Virus record (IMG/VR): IMGVR_UViG_3300005259_000074
Location: 198,471 to 262,470 of that record
Length of the DNA: 64,000 nt
Source: a virus
Taxonomy: Duplodnaviria > Caudoviricetes
Direction: 5' to 3' (one strand)
Positions 28,235 to 37,544 of the stretch are shown here, piece by piece. The notes under the pieces were generated by a model, which was not told the origin of the DNA, made no database searches, and saw only the letters and a program-made list of their open reading frames with translations. A program made the position numbers and the translations under genes. Within the stretch, counting starts at the first letter, position 1. Every line of letters begins with the position of its first letter.

Positions 28235-28799
28235 TTTTAAAACACCGCGCGCAGTTTCTGAACTGATCAAACAGTGTTTGTATATGCAGATGAAAGAAGT
28301 GAAAACTATTATTCGAGCCAGTTTAGGAAATGCTGGAGCAAAAGACATCAACATCACTGTAAATCCCACTGGAAAGTTCTCAGTCGAATACAAAGATGAA
28401 GATACAAGAAAAAATTATTGTGTCGGAATAGAAAACAATGTCACAGAATTTTATAAAGAAACTGATATTCCCACAATATCAGTAGTCCGAGAGCGTGATC
28501 CAGAGGACGGAATAGAAAGTGAAGTTGCAAAAAAAGCTCTAAAAATAGTATTTAGTCGCAGAGAAAAACTGAATGTATTCTCTAAAGAGAACCAGAGCAC
28601 CGTTCTCAGAGACCTTGACGAAGAAGTCCTTAAAGACATGGAAAACAACAATAAGCTCGAAGTGATCGGCTCTAATGCGTCTAAATCTAGCAAGGACGAG
28701 AGCGTATTCTCAATGACTTTCTCGATAAGAGGGGGTGCTCGTACTTTATTGGTCAGAGTCAAGAAAGATCAAATCGCTACGGCGATGTATGTTGTATGA
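28227..28799 (+). CDS. Hypothetical protein
   Basis: 190 aa ORF in operon. Confidence 0.65.
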   Translation: MNDFKTPRAVSELIKQCLYMQMKEVKTIIRASLGNAGAKDINITVNPTGKFSVEYKDEDTRKNYCVGIENNVTEFYKETDIPTISVVRERDPEDGIESEVAKKALKIVFSRREKLNVFSKENQSTVLRDLDEEVLKDMENNNKLEVIGSNASKSSKDESVFSMTFSIRGGARTLLVRVKKDQIATAMYVV

Positions 28800-29152
28800 A
28801 AAAAGAACTCCAAGAATCACTCGTAAAGACATTCTCGACGTTATATGAACCAGACTTCGAGTTTCGATGTGATGATGGATGGTATCAGTTGATCTACAAT
28901 ATGTCTGAAGAAGTCATTAGAGAAGATGAAAGAACTGTCATAACGACAGTGAAGGAAAAGTTCGGTGAACTCAGAGTGTACTCGGACAGTGTTCCTTTCT
29001 CTCCAGTAATAGATAAGTACGAGAAAATATCTCGCTACACATGTGAAATGTGTGGAAGCACTGAAAATGCAAAGATAGTCGACACAGGGAATAGGTGGTT
29101 TAAATGCATGTGCAAAGAGTGTTTGCTCAGAATTCACCTGGAGCAGTTGTGA
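28796..29152 (+). CDS. Conserved phage protein with C-terminal CxxC..CxC..C Zn ribbon
   Basis: CDDGWY, KEKFGELRVY, TCEMCG, CMCKEC. Confidence 0.7.
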   Translation: MKKELQESLVKTFSTLYEPDFEFRCDDGWYQLIYNMSEEVIREDERTVITTVKEKFGELRVYSDSVPFSPVIDKYEKISRYTCEMCGSTENAKIVDTGNRWFKCMCKECLLRIHLEQL

Positions 29153-29727
29153 GACTCATCAATCTTTGTGAACTTTCTCTCATCGAACTTAGCGTGTCCA
29201 TGAATGATCAAGCCAGCTTGATTATATTCATTCTTTTCATCTCTATCCCACCAGCGATCAACGAGTTCATCTTTAGGTATGTATCCTCGCTGCAATAGTG
29301 ATGGGTCTTCGAAGTAGAAATTCTTCGCGTCGTAAGCAATTGCAACGACGTAGTGTCCTTGTGTGTCAGCTTTAGAATTTCCGTACTTTGACCATGCTTG
29401 GATCGGCATTATCACTGGGATGCCGTTAGATATGTACTCTTCGAGGTCTTCGACAGTCATACCTTGGACTATGTCAGCTTTGAACTTCAGCTCTTCGGCG
29501 TACTCCTTCATCTTCATGAAGTTAGTGCCCCGCTTTGGGTCAGTCCCCAGCGCTTTCATCACCTTGTCTTCTCGCGTGTCTATACCGAAGAAAGATATGA
29601 CGGAGAACATCGCAATAGCTCCACAATCGTAGTCGCTGTACTGACGGATCTCAGGAAAACCTTTGATCCAGTGCTTAGGCGGGATTCTCTTGTCTACGAT
29701 GCGTTCTAACAGGTGTTTGAAGAGCAT
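29134..29727 (-). CDS. C39-family cysteine peptidase
   Basis: QYSDYDCG (Cys), GHYVVAIAYD (His), FEDPS; late TAAATA at 29753-29758. Confidence 0.85.
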   Translation of the reverse strand: MLFKHLLERIVDKRIPPKHWIKGFPEIRQYSDYDCGAIAMFSVISFFGIDTREDKVMKALGTDPKRGTNFMKMKEYAEELKFKADIVQGMTVEDLEEYISNGIPVIMPIQAWSKYGNSKADTQGHYVVAIAYDAKNFYFEDPSLLQRGYIPKDELVDRWWDRDEKNEYNQAGLIIHGHAKFDERKFTKIDESHNCSR

Positions 29728-29801
29728 TGAAAGGCTCCAGTGGTTCTTGCAGTATTTATCACTGGAGTCGAGTAAAAGACTTATAGACCTCTAGAAACAC
29801 G

Positions 29802-31010
29802 TCAGAGGTCTTCTATCTTCCTGAACGCCGCAGCGCCTTTGAGGACTGATTTCATGTGCTCTATCAGCTCTTTGACCTCAGACGAACTGCAGTCGCTGAT
29901 TTGAAACTGGACTGCGACTTTGCCATCCGGAGATATCTCCAAATCGACTCTGTCTTTGTGTTTATCAGGTTTGAACGTCGCGTACAAAAGACCACCTTTG
30001 GAGTGGAATTCAACTTCGGGGTCTCTGTAATCGATGCCTATCGACCTGAGTTGCCTGCATCTGCTCTTGAATTTACGTGTGTCAGTCAAAAATTCAGCTA
30101 GCTTACGCGTGTCTCGCCTCACCGTAGTCGCGACAGCATCGATCACATCGTCTATGGTAGTCTTAGGACCGACACCGAACTCCACTTTACCATCCGGAGT
30201 GGACTTCCCCAAAGAATTCTTATGCAGCGCATCTTCGCATCGTGTCAAAATGACTTTGTCTATATGTCCGCTCGTAGCTATGTGTGTGGTCAAGATCCAT
30301 CTAGCATTTTTGATGTTGTTAGTTGGTTTTCTCTTGTACATCCTGTGGATCTCGATTCCCCCGTTGGTGATCACTTTCACAGGATCGGCTGGATTGTCAT
30401 TCTTCCATTCGCCGACGATCATCTTATTGGAGAGCGGGAGTCTGTCGAACACCAACTTCTGGACGTCACTCGAAAAAGCGCTCCTCTGCAAAGAGCACAT
30501 GTCAGATACCCTAGACAGAGTGTCTCTAGCGCTCGCCACAAACTTAGCAGTGCACATTCTCTCCAAATTTTCTTCCATTTCTGTCGACAGCGGTCTCTGA
30601 TGCATAGTGTATACTATGTACTCCTCGTAAGGAGATATCATATCACGAATGTCATATGAGTCATCCTCCGAACTGCTGTCACCTATCGTGTAAGGTGCAA
30701 ACTCGTCGAAGTTGACTCTTACTCTGACCTCTCGCTCAGCTTCTTTTGTCTTTCCAGCTAGCAGAAATTGCAAGAACTGGCTAGCTTCAGCGCTGACTGT
30801 TATGTCCCCGCCTAGGAACAAGTACTTCTTAGAAGACGTCCACGAACTCGTGTCTGATTTAACGGCTCCTTTTATCGCCTTGAGGTATGCTGGAAGATTC
30901 TTATTGAAAGCTTTCAGTTTCTTCTTGATAAGTTGGAATGAGTGCACAGTCACACGGTTCCACTGTTCCCATTTTACGTAATCTTCCCTCCACATCGTGT
31001 CGTCAGACAT
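29802..31010 (-). CDS. Hypothetical protein; C-terminal domain paralogous to 31265-32380
   Basis: 402 aa ORF; CRQL..G..DP..F..VDLEI..KIEDL. Confidence 0.75.
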   Translation of the reverse strand: MSDDTMWREDYVKWEQWNRVTVHSFQLIKKKLKAFNKNLPAYLKAIKGAVKSDTSSWTSSKKYLFLGGDITVSAEASQFLQFLLAGKTKEAEREVRVRVNFDEFAPYTIGDSSSEDDSYDIRDMISPYEEYIVYTMHQRPLSTEMEENLERMCTAKFVASARDTLSRVSDMCSLQRSAFSSDVQKLVFDRLPLSNKMIVGEWKNDNPADPVKVITNGGIEIHRMYKRKPTNNIKNARWILTTHIATSGHIDKVILTRCEDALHKNSLGKSTPDGKVEFGVGPKTTIDDVIDAVATTVRRDTRKLAEFLTDTRKFKSRCRQLRSIGIDYRDPEVEFHSKGGLLYATFKPDKHKDRVDLEISPDGKVAVQFQISDCSSSEVKELIEHMKSVLKGAAAFRKIEDL

Positions 31011-31018
31011 GTCTTACC

Positions 31019-31258
31019 TCATATCTTCTCTAGTTCAATGGCTATGCGAATGTCTTTGACGGCGTCGTCAAAACCTGCGGCTACTTCTTCACACCCTTTG
31101 TCTCTCGCGCACTGCGCTAACGCGGTGAGTTTATCTATCGAGATGCCCTTCCCGTACTTCTTGAGGTACGCTTTCGCACCGTCTTTCCCCATGTGGTCCC
31201 AGCCGTTCGGCACGATGCGAGACCTCCACCTCTGCTCTACGTCAGCTCTCAGACTCAT
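31019..31258 (-). CDS. Small hypothetical protein
   Basis: 79 aa, between the two paralogues; ends IELEKI. Confidence 0.6.
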   Translation of the reverse strand: MSLRADVEQRWRSRIVPNGWDHMGKDGAKAYLKKYGKGISIDKLTALAQCARDKGCEEVAAGFDDAVKDIRIAIELEKI

Positions 31259-31264
31259 AGCAGA

Positions 31265-32380
31265 TCACAACTCCTCTATCGAATCGTCTATCTCAGCGTT
31301 CTTCATAGCGTCTCTGGCTGCCTGCACCAAAGCAATAGCAGACTTCTTATCGAGTCCGGCCACACTACACAAGACTACACACCGGTCGTGTTTCTCGACG
31401 CGCAACTCGACCGTGTTGAGCATAGAAGACGTCTGCATCACGACGACAGGTCCCGTCTTACCGCGTTTGAAAGAGCAATTGGGGTCGTCCACGCTGAAGC
31501 CGAAACCACACAAACGACGACAGTCGCTCAAGTGCATCCTCAACACCTGCACTTGCTCAGTCATCTTTTTGATGTCGTTTTCTAAGAATTTTTTCAGAGA
31601 TGACAGCTTGTCGTCCCCATTAACTCTCGCAGTTTCGTTGAGCTTTCTTATTCGTGGATCTCGAGAGATATACCTCGTGACCCTCAGCATTTCACATTGT
31701 CCGTTTAAGTCGATCTTGAGGTCTACTTTCCACTCTATCGAAGTGAAAGTCTTGGAGGGTCTTCTCTTGAACGTAGCGACATAACCCACTGAGCCGCTCC
31801 TCATAGCGTCTCTGACATCGTTGTAACACGTCCAAGGCAATGTCAGCTTGACATTTCGAGGAAGGACGCTGTCTGACCCAAACTCGTTGATCAATTTCAA
31901 CAAGCGTGGGCTCACTGCTGCTGGAGATAACGAGACAACGTCTCTAATGTGGTCTGTGAAAGCTCTAGCTAATTTCACAAACCTCTTCGCAGCAGTCTTT
32001 TTGATGCGGAGGAGGATGCGCAAGTCAGATTTCGTGCTAAAAGGCTTCCCATCCATACTAGTCTCGACAGTCAGTTCTTTCTCGCACTTAGCGTCATTGA
32101 AGTACAAGTAACTGTAGAATGTATTGTTCCATGGGTTGATGACTATCGAGATAGACACATTGTCTTTGGAGAAATTATGACGAGTCAGTCTGAAATTGTC
32201 GTTGGAGAATTTGAGGTCGAACGTTGAAGCCAATTCTTCCAGCTTTGCGAGTCTCTCTTCCGTGTGACGTCGGGACTTCGGGACTTTGACACCGAGCTCG
32301 GGACTGTTTGGTTGGATACAATCTTCGACGGTATCGTAGAGCCATGGCTCACCGTCTGTAGTGTAGTGTACGAGCTTCAT
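31265..32380 (-). CDS. Hypothetical early protein; C-terminal domain paralogous to 29802-31010
   Basis: 371 aa ORF directly after a sigma70-type promoter. Confidence 0.75.
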   Translation of the reverse strand: MKLVHYTTDGEPWLYDTVEDCIQPNSPELGVKVPKSRRHTEERLAKLEELASTFDLKFSNDNFRLTRHNFSKDNVSISIVINPWNNTFYSYLYFNDAKCEKELTVETSMDGKPFSTKSDLRILLRIKKTAAKRFVKLARAFTDHIRDVVSLSPAAVSPRLLKLINEFGSDSVLPRNVKLTLPWTCYNDVRDAMRSGSVGYVATFKRRPSKTFTSIEWKVDLKIDLNGQCEMLRVTRYISRDPRIRKLNETARVNGDDKLSSLKKFLENDIKKMTEQVQVLRMHLSDCRRLCGFGFSVDDPNCSFKRGKTGPVVVMQTSSMLNTVELRVEKHDRCVVLCSVAGLDKKSAIALVQAARDAMKNAEIDDSIEEL

Positions 32381-32406
32381 CTACCTTCTCACTGTTTTCT
32401 AGTTCC

Positions 32407-32438
32407 AATATAAACCCTGTACCACTAGATGTAAAGGG
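32407..32438 (-). promoter_or_regulatory. Sigma70-type early promoter
   Basis: CCCTTTACA-N17-TATATT. Confidence 0.75.
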
Positions 32439-32801
32439 AAATCGTAAGATTTTTCATCAATTCTGTCAGTGACGATAGTCATCGTTTGACGATGTTCTAA
32501 GATATGTTAGTTCATCTTTATGAAGTTGTCAGTGGTTCAATATGTGTCGACTTCTGTAGCGGTTAAAACCGCTGTAAACACGTCATGACACATTAGATGA
32601 TGAAAAGAAGTAACTAGAAGGTTTCTGCTGATCATTCAATTCACCAGTTCAAATTTCCTCTTTTACGAGGTATTTTCAAGAGTTAATCCAGAGGACGGTT
32701 AAGAATAGAGGAATTGAAGGGAGTTTAAACAGCAGTTAGTTTAGAGAGTTTCAAGAGACAAATGTTAGAACAGAAGAGATTGAATAGATGATACGCCGAA
32801 A

Positions 32802-34274
32802 TCACAAGTCAGCCACTGAAGCGCCGAGTGATGGGGAGCTGACTTGCAAGTTTCTGTGAGACGGTACTTCAACTTTGTAGAACTTCTCGTATATCTTCTT
32901 CCGCTCTCTAAAGTGAGACTCCGAGTACTTGAACGCGTGGAATATGTCGATGAGGTTAGTGTGGTCTTTAGACGCATGCAACCTCAGACCTCTTCCGACA
33001 GTCTGCAGCACTTTCACCGAACTCCGGCCATTCATAGCCAACACGATGTTGTTGACTCTCTTGATGTTGATGCCCTCTCCGAAGCACCTCGCGTTGCCCA
33101 CTATCAGCACATCTCCGGAGGCTTCCATGTCTTTTCTGGCTATCTCCCGCTCTGCTACTTCTACTGCTCCATTTATGAAGTGCTTGTGGGACTTCAGAGC
33201 GCTCTTGAATATCGCCTTCCCGAACTCGGTGTGGTCGAACAGCAGTATGGTGTTCCCTGGGAGAGCTGCAGCTAGCGCTGCTATAGCCGAAGATGCGTTT
33301 GGGTTGCTCTCCAGGACTTCGCACTCTACGGAGTAAGCCTTCTTCCACTCTTCAATGTTCTTAGGCTTCGGCAGTTTCACTCCACTGTGGACGATTCTGA
33401 CTGGTATCACCTTCACAAAAGACAGTATACCTGCGTCTTGAAGGTCAGACACCTCTCTTGTAGAGAGGATCGGGCCGAGTGTCCCCTTGACACACCACTC
33501 GTCCTCTGCGTCTTCTGGAATAGTAGCTGTCAATCCCAGTTTGATGTTAGTAGGCAGCGCTCTCACGTAGTTGGTGACAGCGTTTCCTTTCCTGAGACCG
33601 TGACACTCGTCGACGATGACAGCTCCTACTTCAGGCATATCTTTCCCGTGTTCTTCTAACCACTGACGGTTAGACACGATCGCCCAGCACTCCGACGAAG
33701 GCGCAGATGCGTTCGCCGAGCTGAACCGCTGCACTAAGTTGCGTTCCATGCCGTAGCTGATCATGTCTTCAGACAGCTGAACTACTAGCTGGACATTGGG
33801 AGTCACTACGAGTATTGGTTTGTCTACTAACTTCTCTTCTCTCATGGCGCGGACCAGTCCATACAGCACTAGAGATTTACCTGCGCCAGTCGGAAGCTTT
33901 ATTATTCCTCTGCCAGACGCCAAAGCTGCGGTGATGGCTTCTGACTGGTAGTCTCTGTACAAGAACTCTGTGTTCTCCGGTTGGGGAGGCGAGTATGGGA
34001 TGTTTAACGGACGCACGGCTTCTTTGAGAGGTTCTTCCATCTCGACGAAGATGCCCATCTCAGATGCTTTCCATGCGACGTCGTCAGCCAATCCCAAAGG
34101 GAACGTTCCCAGTGGGGTGATAGCGCTGACTGTGTCAGAAGAATATGTTGAGTAACGCGCAGCTTTATTGACTACAGTGAACTTGTCTCTGACAGCATCG
34201 AATGACTGAATGTCTTCTGAGAGTACTCTGGCTCTCCCGGGTTTTCCATCTAATTTCAGAACTATCTTCTTCAA
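32802..34274 (-). CDS. uvsW: UvsW SF2 helicase
   Basis: YRDYQ, LPTGAGKS, VDECH, GLTAT, FGEGINI, LQTVGRGLR. Confidence 0.95.
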   Translation of the reverse strand: MKKIVLKLDGKPGRARVLSEDIQSFDAVRDKFTVVNKAARYSTYSSDTVSAITPLGTFPLGLADDVAWKASEMGIFVEMEEPLKEAVRPLNIPYSPPQPENTEFLYRDYQSEAITAALASGRGIIKLPTGAGKSLVLYGLVRAMREEKLVDKPILVVTPNVQLVVQLSEDMISYGMERNLVQRFSSANASAPSSECWAIVSNRQWLEEHGKDMPEVGAVIVDECHGLRKGNAVTNYVRALPTNIKLGLTATIPEDAEDEWCVKGTLGPILSTREVSDLQDAGILSFVKVIPVRIVHSGVKLPKPKNIEEWKKAYSVECEVLESNPNASSAIAALAAALPGNTILLFDHTEFGKAIFKSALKSHKHFINGAVEVAEREIARKDMEASGDVLIVGNARCFGEGINIKRVNNIVLAMNGRSSVKVLQTVGRGLRLHASKDHTNLIDIFHAFKYSESHFRERKKIYEKFYKVEVPSHRNLQVSSPSLGASVADL

Positions 34275-34684
34275 CGGTTTTCCTCGACGACGATAGTGAC
34301 GCAGTTCTTGATGTCGTAACCGAAGTTAGTTACTGCTTTGTTCAGCAGTGTGTCGACAAATCTAACTACGTCTTTTTGGTCGGCTATAGCCTTGTCGAGT
34401 TCGTGGACTTTCTCTAACTTAGAAGCTTCACCCTCGATCTTAAACTTTGGGACACCAGGAGATCCATGTTTGGCTATGTACTCAGCTAAGACAGTTTCTT
34501 TAGTATCTTCTAGTCGTTCTAAGTATTTCTGCTCTTCAAAGAGGATTGTAACGTACTTAGCTTTGATAGCTGGAGCTTTCATTGCTTTGTCGTGGAGCTG
34601 GATCTGATCTAGGTAAAGATCTCGTGATACTTCTTCGTAGACTTCTCGCATTCTCTTTGAGAGTTCGTTGGTCCTTCTCTCCAC
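34271..34684 (-). CDS. uvsY: UvsY recombination mediator
   Basis: Helical 137 aa upstream of uvsW; KAKY..., C-terminal FGYDIKN. Confidence 0.75.
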   Translation of the reverse strand: MERRTNELSKRMREVYEEVSRDLYLDQIQLHDKAMKAPAIKAKYVTILFEEQKYLERLEDTKETVLAEYIAKHGSPGVPKFKIEGEASKLEKVHELDKAIADQKDVVRFVDTLLNKAVTNFGYDIKNCVTIVVEENR

Positions 34685-34781
34685 GGTTTCATCTCCATTG
34701 CATCTTCTAGACTAATATACCTCGTAAAGTGCTGATCTTCACGAGGTACAGTAAATGTTCGATGATTTTTAAGACATGTCC

Positions 34782-35018
34782 TCAGTTTCCTGAGACTTCT
34801 TTCCAGTCTGCGTTGTCTCTGAGGAAGTCTCTCTTTTCAGCTTCCGTCTTAAAGTGCTTCTTCTCGTTGCCCTTCATCAAGACGTACACGGCTTCGGAAC
34901 TAGCTGGAGCGGACATGCTAGCGGCCAACACCGGTCCAGAAGACATCCCTCCTGCTCCAGCTCCGACGGCGTCTTCTCCGATCAATGCTTTGTACAATGC
35001 GTCGAATTTCGAGAACAT
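34782..35018 (-). CDS. Small late protein with capsid-targeting-like N-terminus
   Basis: MFSKFDALYKALIGE; late TAAATA at 35052-35057. Confidence 0.6.
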   Translation of the reverse strand: MFSKFDALYKALIGEDAVGAGAGGMSSGPVLAASMSAPASSEAVYVLMKGNEKKHFKTEAEKRDFLRDNADWKEVSGN

Positions 35019-35051
35019 GAGCAGCTCCTCCGAGTTAGTGTCTGCGTAAGA

Positions 35052-35073
35052 TATTTACACTTCGCCATAAATA
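35052..35073. promoter_or_regulatory. Back-to-back late promoter cores
   Basis: Minus-strand GTGTAAATA (35052-35060) and plus-strand CATAAATAG (35066-35074) driving divergent genes. Confidence 0.6.
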
Positions 35074-35095
35074 GAGTGAGTAAACGGAGATCTCC

Positions 35096-36142
35096 ATGCC
35101 ACCTGTCAGAGAACTCAGGTTCTTGAAGAAGTCTAACGTCGCAGAGACGCAGAAGTTGTACAAGAACTACTACCACGACCTCATCCATTCATATGGGATA
35201 GATGTCGTGTACTTTCGCAGAGACTTGTCGTTCTATGAGTCTCCTTCAGGCAGGGCCGACTACACGTATGGAGAAGACACTACTGCGACTTACTTCTTGA
35301 CCGCGAACATGGTCATATTCCAAGAGCAGATGGGAGATGCCTTCCTGCTCAACAAGTTCGGCATCGACACTAACGCCGATGCAACGATATACATGACTCG
35401 AGACGACTTCACCGAGCAGTTCAGGTCGAAGATCGGCACTCCGACTTCAGCGTACGTGGTGTCGTACTTGAGCGGAGACATCCTGGGTGGGGTTGGGATC
35501 GTTAGTGGGATGGTGTTCTCCGACGACTTATCTGGGATAACTTCTGGTTCTGTCACCACCTCGACTTCTGGAACTTTCACTGCTCCTTATTCCGGAGTGG
35601 TCGTCCCTCTGCAGAGCCCAGTCAACCCAGACATAAAGAATGTCGACTACTATGATTACGGTAACCGGCTGATGTCTGGGACTCTGAGTGGCTCTGTGAC
35701 AGTGACGACTGATGTGTTCGGAAGTGGAGTTTGCACCGGTTCTTGCTCAGGGATTTTGAACTATTTTCTTCCGACCGCAGTCAAATCTGGTCCTTACTGG
35801 GACATATCTCCACAAGTTGGAGACTTCTTTAGACTGTCGTATCCTGACAACACACAAGAAGATTACGAGATATCGATGCTGTCAGATAGGAACTTACAGA
35901 CTGATGGGTTGAACCCCCTCTTGTCGAAGTACATCTGGAAGTGCAACGCGACTAGGAAAGATCCGAGTTATGAGGTTGCTCCTGATGGGACCCAGGCTTC
36001 AGCTGAGGAGAACACCACTACTACACCTATACACGAGAGTGAAATCAATCAAGTTGTGTCAGATGAGATATTCGAGTACGACACCAGCGCCGTGGACAGT
36101 TCCGACGGCGCTGGGTCTGATGACGTGTACGGGAAGTACTGA
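35096..36142 (+). CDS. gp14: Neck protein gp14-like with Ser/Gly/Thr-rich insertion
   Basis: LI..YGIDVVYFRR, YGED, FLLNKFGI, PQVGDFF; late promoter. Confidence 0.75.
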   Translation: MPPVRELRFLKKSNVAETQKLYKNYYHDLIHSYGIDVVYFRRDLSFYESPSGRADYTYGEDTTATYFLTANMVIFQEQMGDAFLLNKFGIDTNADATIYMTRDDFTEQFRSKIGTPTSAYVVSYLSGDILGGVGIVSGMVFSDDLSGITSGSVTTSTSGTFTAPYSGVVVPLQSPVNPDIKNVDYYDYGNRLMSGTLSGSVTVTTDVFGSGVCTGSCSGILNYFLPTAVKSGPYWDISPQVGDFFRLSYPDNTQEDYEISMLSDRNLQTDGLNPLLSKYIWKCNATRKDPSYEVAPDGTQASAEENTTTTPIHESEINQVVSDEIFEYDTSAVDSSDGAGSDDVYGKY

Positions 36143-36143
36143 G

Positions 36144-36497
36144 TCAGTCTCTCTTCGTAGAGAGGAGGATCTTCTCGAAGGGCGTCGGTTCGACGCCGAA
36201 TGCAGACTTGAACTTGAAGTTCCTCCCCATCACTCGGTGCTTGATCGGCTCTCGCTTCGACCTGTGGAGGATGGCCGACTTGAGTCTCCCTCTTGCTTTG
36301 TTGACACCGGTCATCTCGTCGATCTCCTCGTCGGCTTTGCAGATCGCGAGGCCTCTGACGAACTTACCGGAGGGCGTCTTCCCGATTGCTACGGTCAGCC
36401 GCGGCCGGCCGTGGAGGTCTTCCTTTTTGTAGATTGCGATCTTGGTGTAAGCGGGCATTTTTCTTCTCCCATTGAGATTTTTAGGGAAACCGACCAT
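36144..36497 (-). CDS. Hypothetical early protein
   Basis: Basic 117 aa ORF after a sigma70-type promoter; FVRGLAICK.DE..G..KARGR. Confidence 0.65.
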   Translation of the reverse strand: MVGFPKNLNGRRKMPAYTKIAIYKKEDLHGRPRLTVAIGKTPSGKFVRGLAICKADEEIDEMTGVNKARGRLKSAILHRSKREPIKHRVMGRNFKFKSAFGVEPTPFEKILLSTKRD

Positions 36498-36519
36498 CGG
36501 ATTCCTTTTTCTGAGAGCT

Positions 36520-36550
36520 ACTATAATCCAAATTCTTAAGATGTAAAGGG
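36520..36550 (-). promoter_or_regulatory. Sigma70-type early promoter
   Basis: CCCTTTACA-N16-TATAGT. Confidence 0.7.
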
Positions 36551-36587
36551 AACAATCGCTTTTTTCTTATAAATTGTTCTAGATACC

Positions 36588-36616
36588 TTTACAAGAGGAA
36601 TGTGTGGCGTTATATT
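36588..36616 (+). promoter_or_regulatory. Sigma70-type early promoter
   Basis: TTTACA-N17-TATATT. Confidence 0.7.
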
Positions 36617-36668
36617 GACTTCCATTACAACGAGGCGATGAAGCTTCGTTGACAAGTGGAAGAACGCT

Positions 36669-37151
36669 ATGATAAAGAAGATTATGGCATCGATCTTGAT
36701 AGCTGGGGTGGCTTACACGGTCAGCTCCGACGACCTTAAAGTTGCGAGAGTCATCTACTCAGAAGCCAGCAACTTAGTGTCTGCCAAGGAACGCTGGCTA
36801 GTCGCCTCAGTGATGAAGAACAGAGTCAACAACCCCGCATTCGGCAACGGCAAGTTGAGAGACTTGACGTCAGTGTGCTACCAGCCGCGAGCTTTCAGCT
36901 GCGTCGACGATAAGAACAACACCAACTGGAATGCCACTGCTAAGATGATGTCGCGGCCCACAGCAGGTAACGACAAAGCGTGGACTCACACACTGCTGCT
37001 ATCGAGAGGAAAGTTCAAGGCGTACGAAGGTATCGTTTACTACCACGACAAGCGGATTAGTAAGCCGAAGTGCTGGGACAACCGGTATTGGAAGACGGTC
37101 AAAGTCTTGGAGACTGACCACTACGTGTTCTACGCAGTGAAGAAAGCCTGA
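36669..37151 (+). CDS. SleB/Hydrolase_2 lytic transglycosylase-like cell-wall hydrolase with N-terminal signal helix
   Basis: VARVIYSEA, VASVMKNRV, VCYQPRAFS, YYH, HYVFY. Confidence 0.85.
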   Translation: MIKKIMASILIAGVAYTVSSDDLKVARVIYSEASNLVSAKERWLVASVMKNRVNNPAFGNGKLRDLTSVCYQPRAFSCVDDKNNTNWNATAKMMSRPTAGNDKAWTHTLLLSRGKFKAYEGIVYYHDKRISKPKCWDNRYWKTVKVLETDHYVFYAVKKA

Positions 37152-37154
37152 CGC

Positions 37155-37544
37155 CTATTTCAGCACGTCGTCTATGTTCTTGATCTTACCGTCATCAGAA
37201 CCGTAAGACACCAGCAGTTTTATCATCTCGCGCTTGCACTGGTTGCATATGCAGGGATAGGTGTTCTTGATCTTCCCCAGCACCGTCTCTATCGGGTCTA
37301 GACCGTTCTGGATGTAAGATTGCACACTCTGCGGAGTCAAATTCTTCTCGAATTCTTCGACCATCTTGGAGTCCTCGGCGTCTTCTACGTGCACGCTCAG
37401 GAACAAGTTCAACTTCCGGCCGATCTTCCCTTTGACGCTGAGAGATATTGGCTCGTGCGAGAACTTGGTTTTTCCTTCGAATCTCCCGCACATGTCACAC
37501 CTGAGTTTGCTTACTAGCATTTCATTCTTCCTCTTTGTCGGCAT
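37155..37544 (-). CDS. Putative Zn-binding protein
   Basis: CDMC ... CICNQC. Confidence 0.6.
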   Translation of the reverse strand: MPTKRKNEMLVSKLRCDMCGRFEGKTKFSHEPISLSVKGKIGRKLNLFLSVHVEDAEDSKMVEEFEKNLTPQSVQSYIQNGLDPIETVLGKIKNTYPCICNQCKREMIKLLVSYGSDDGKIKNIDDVLK

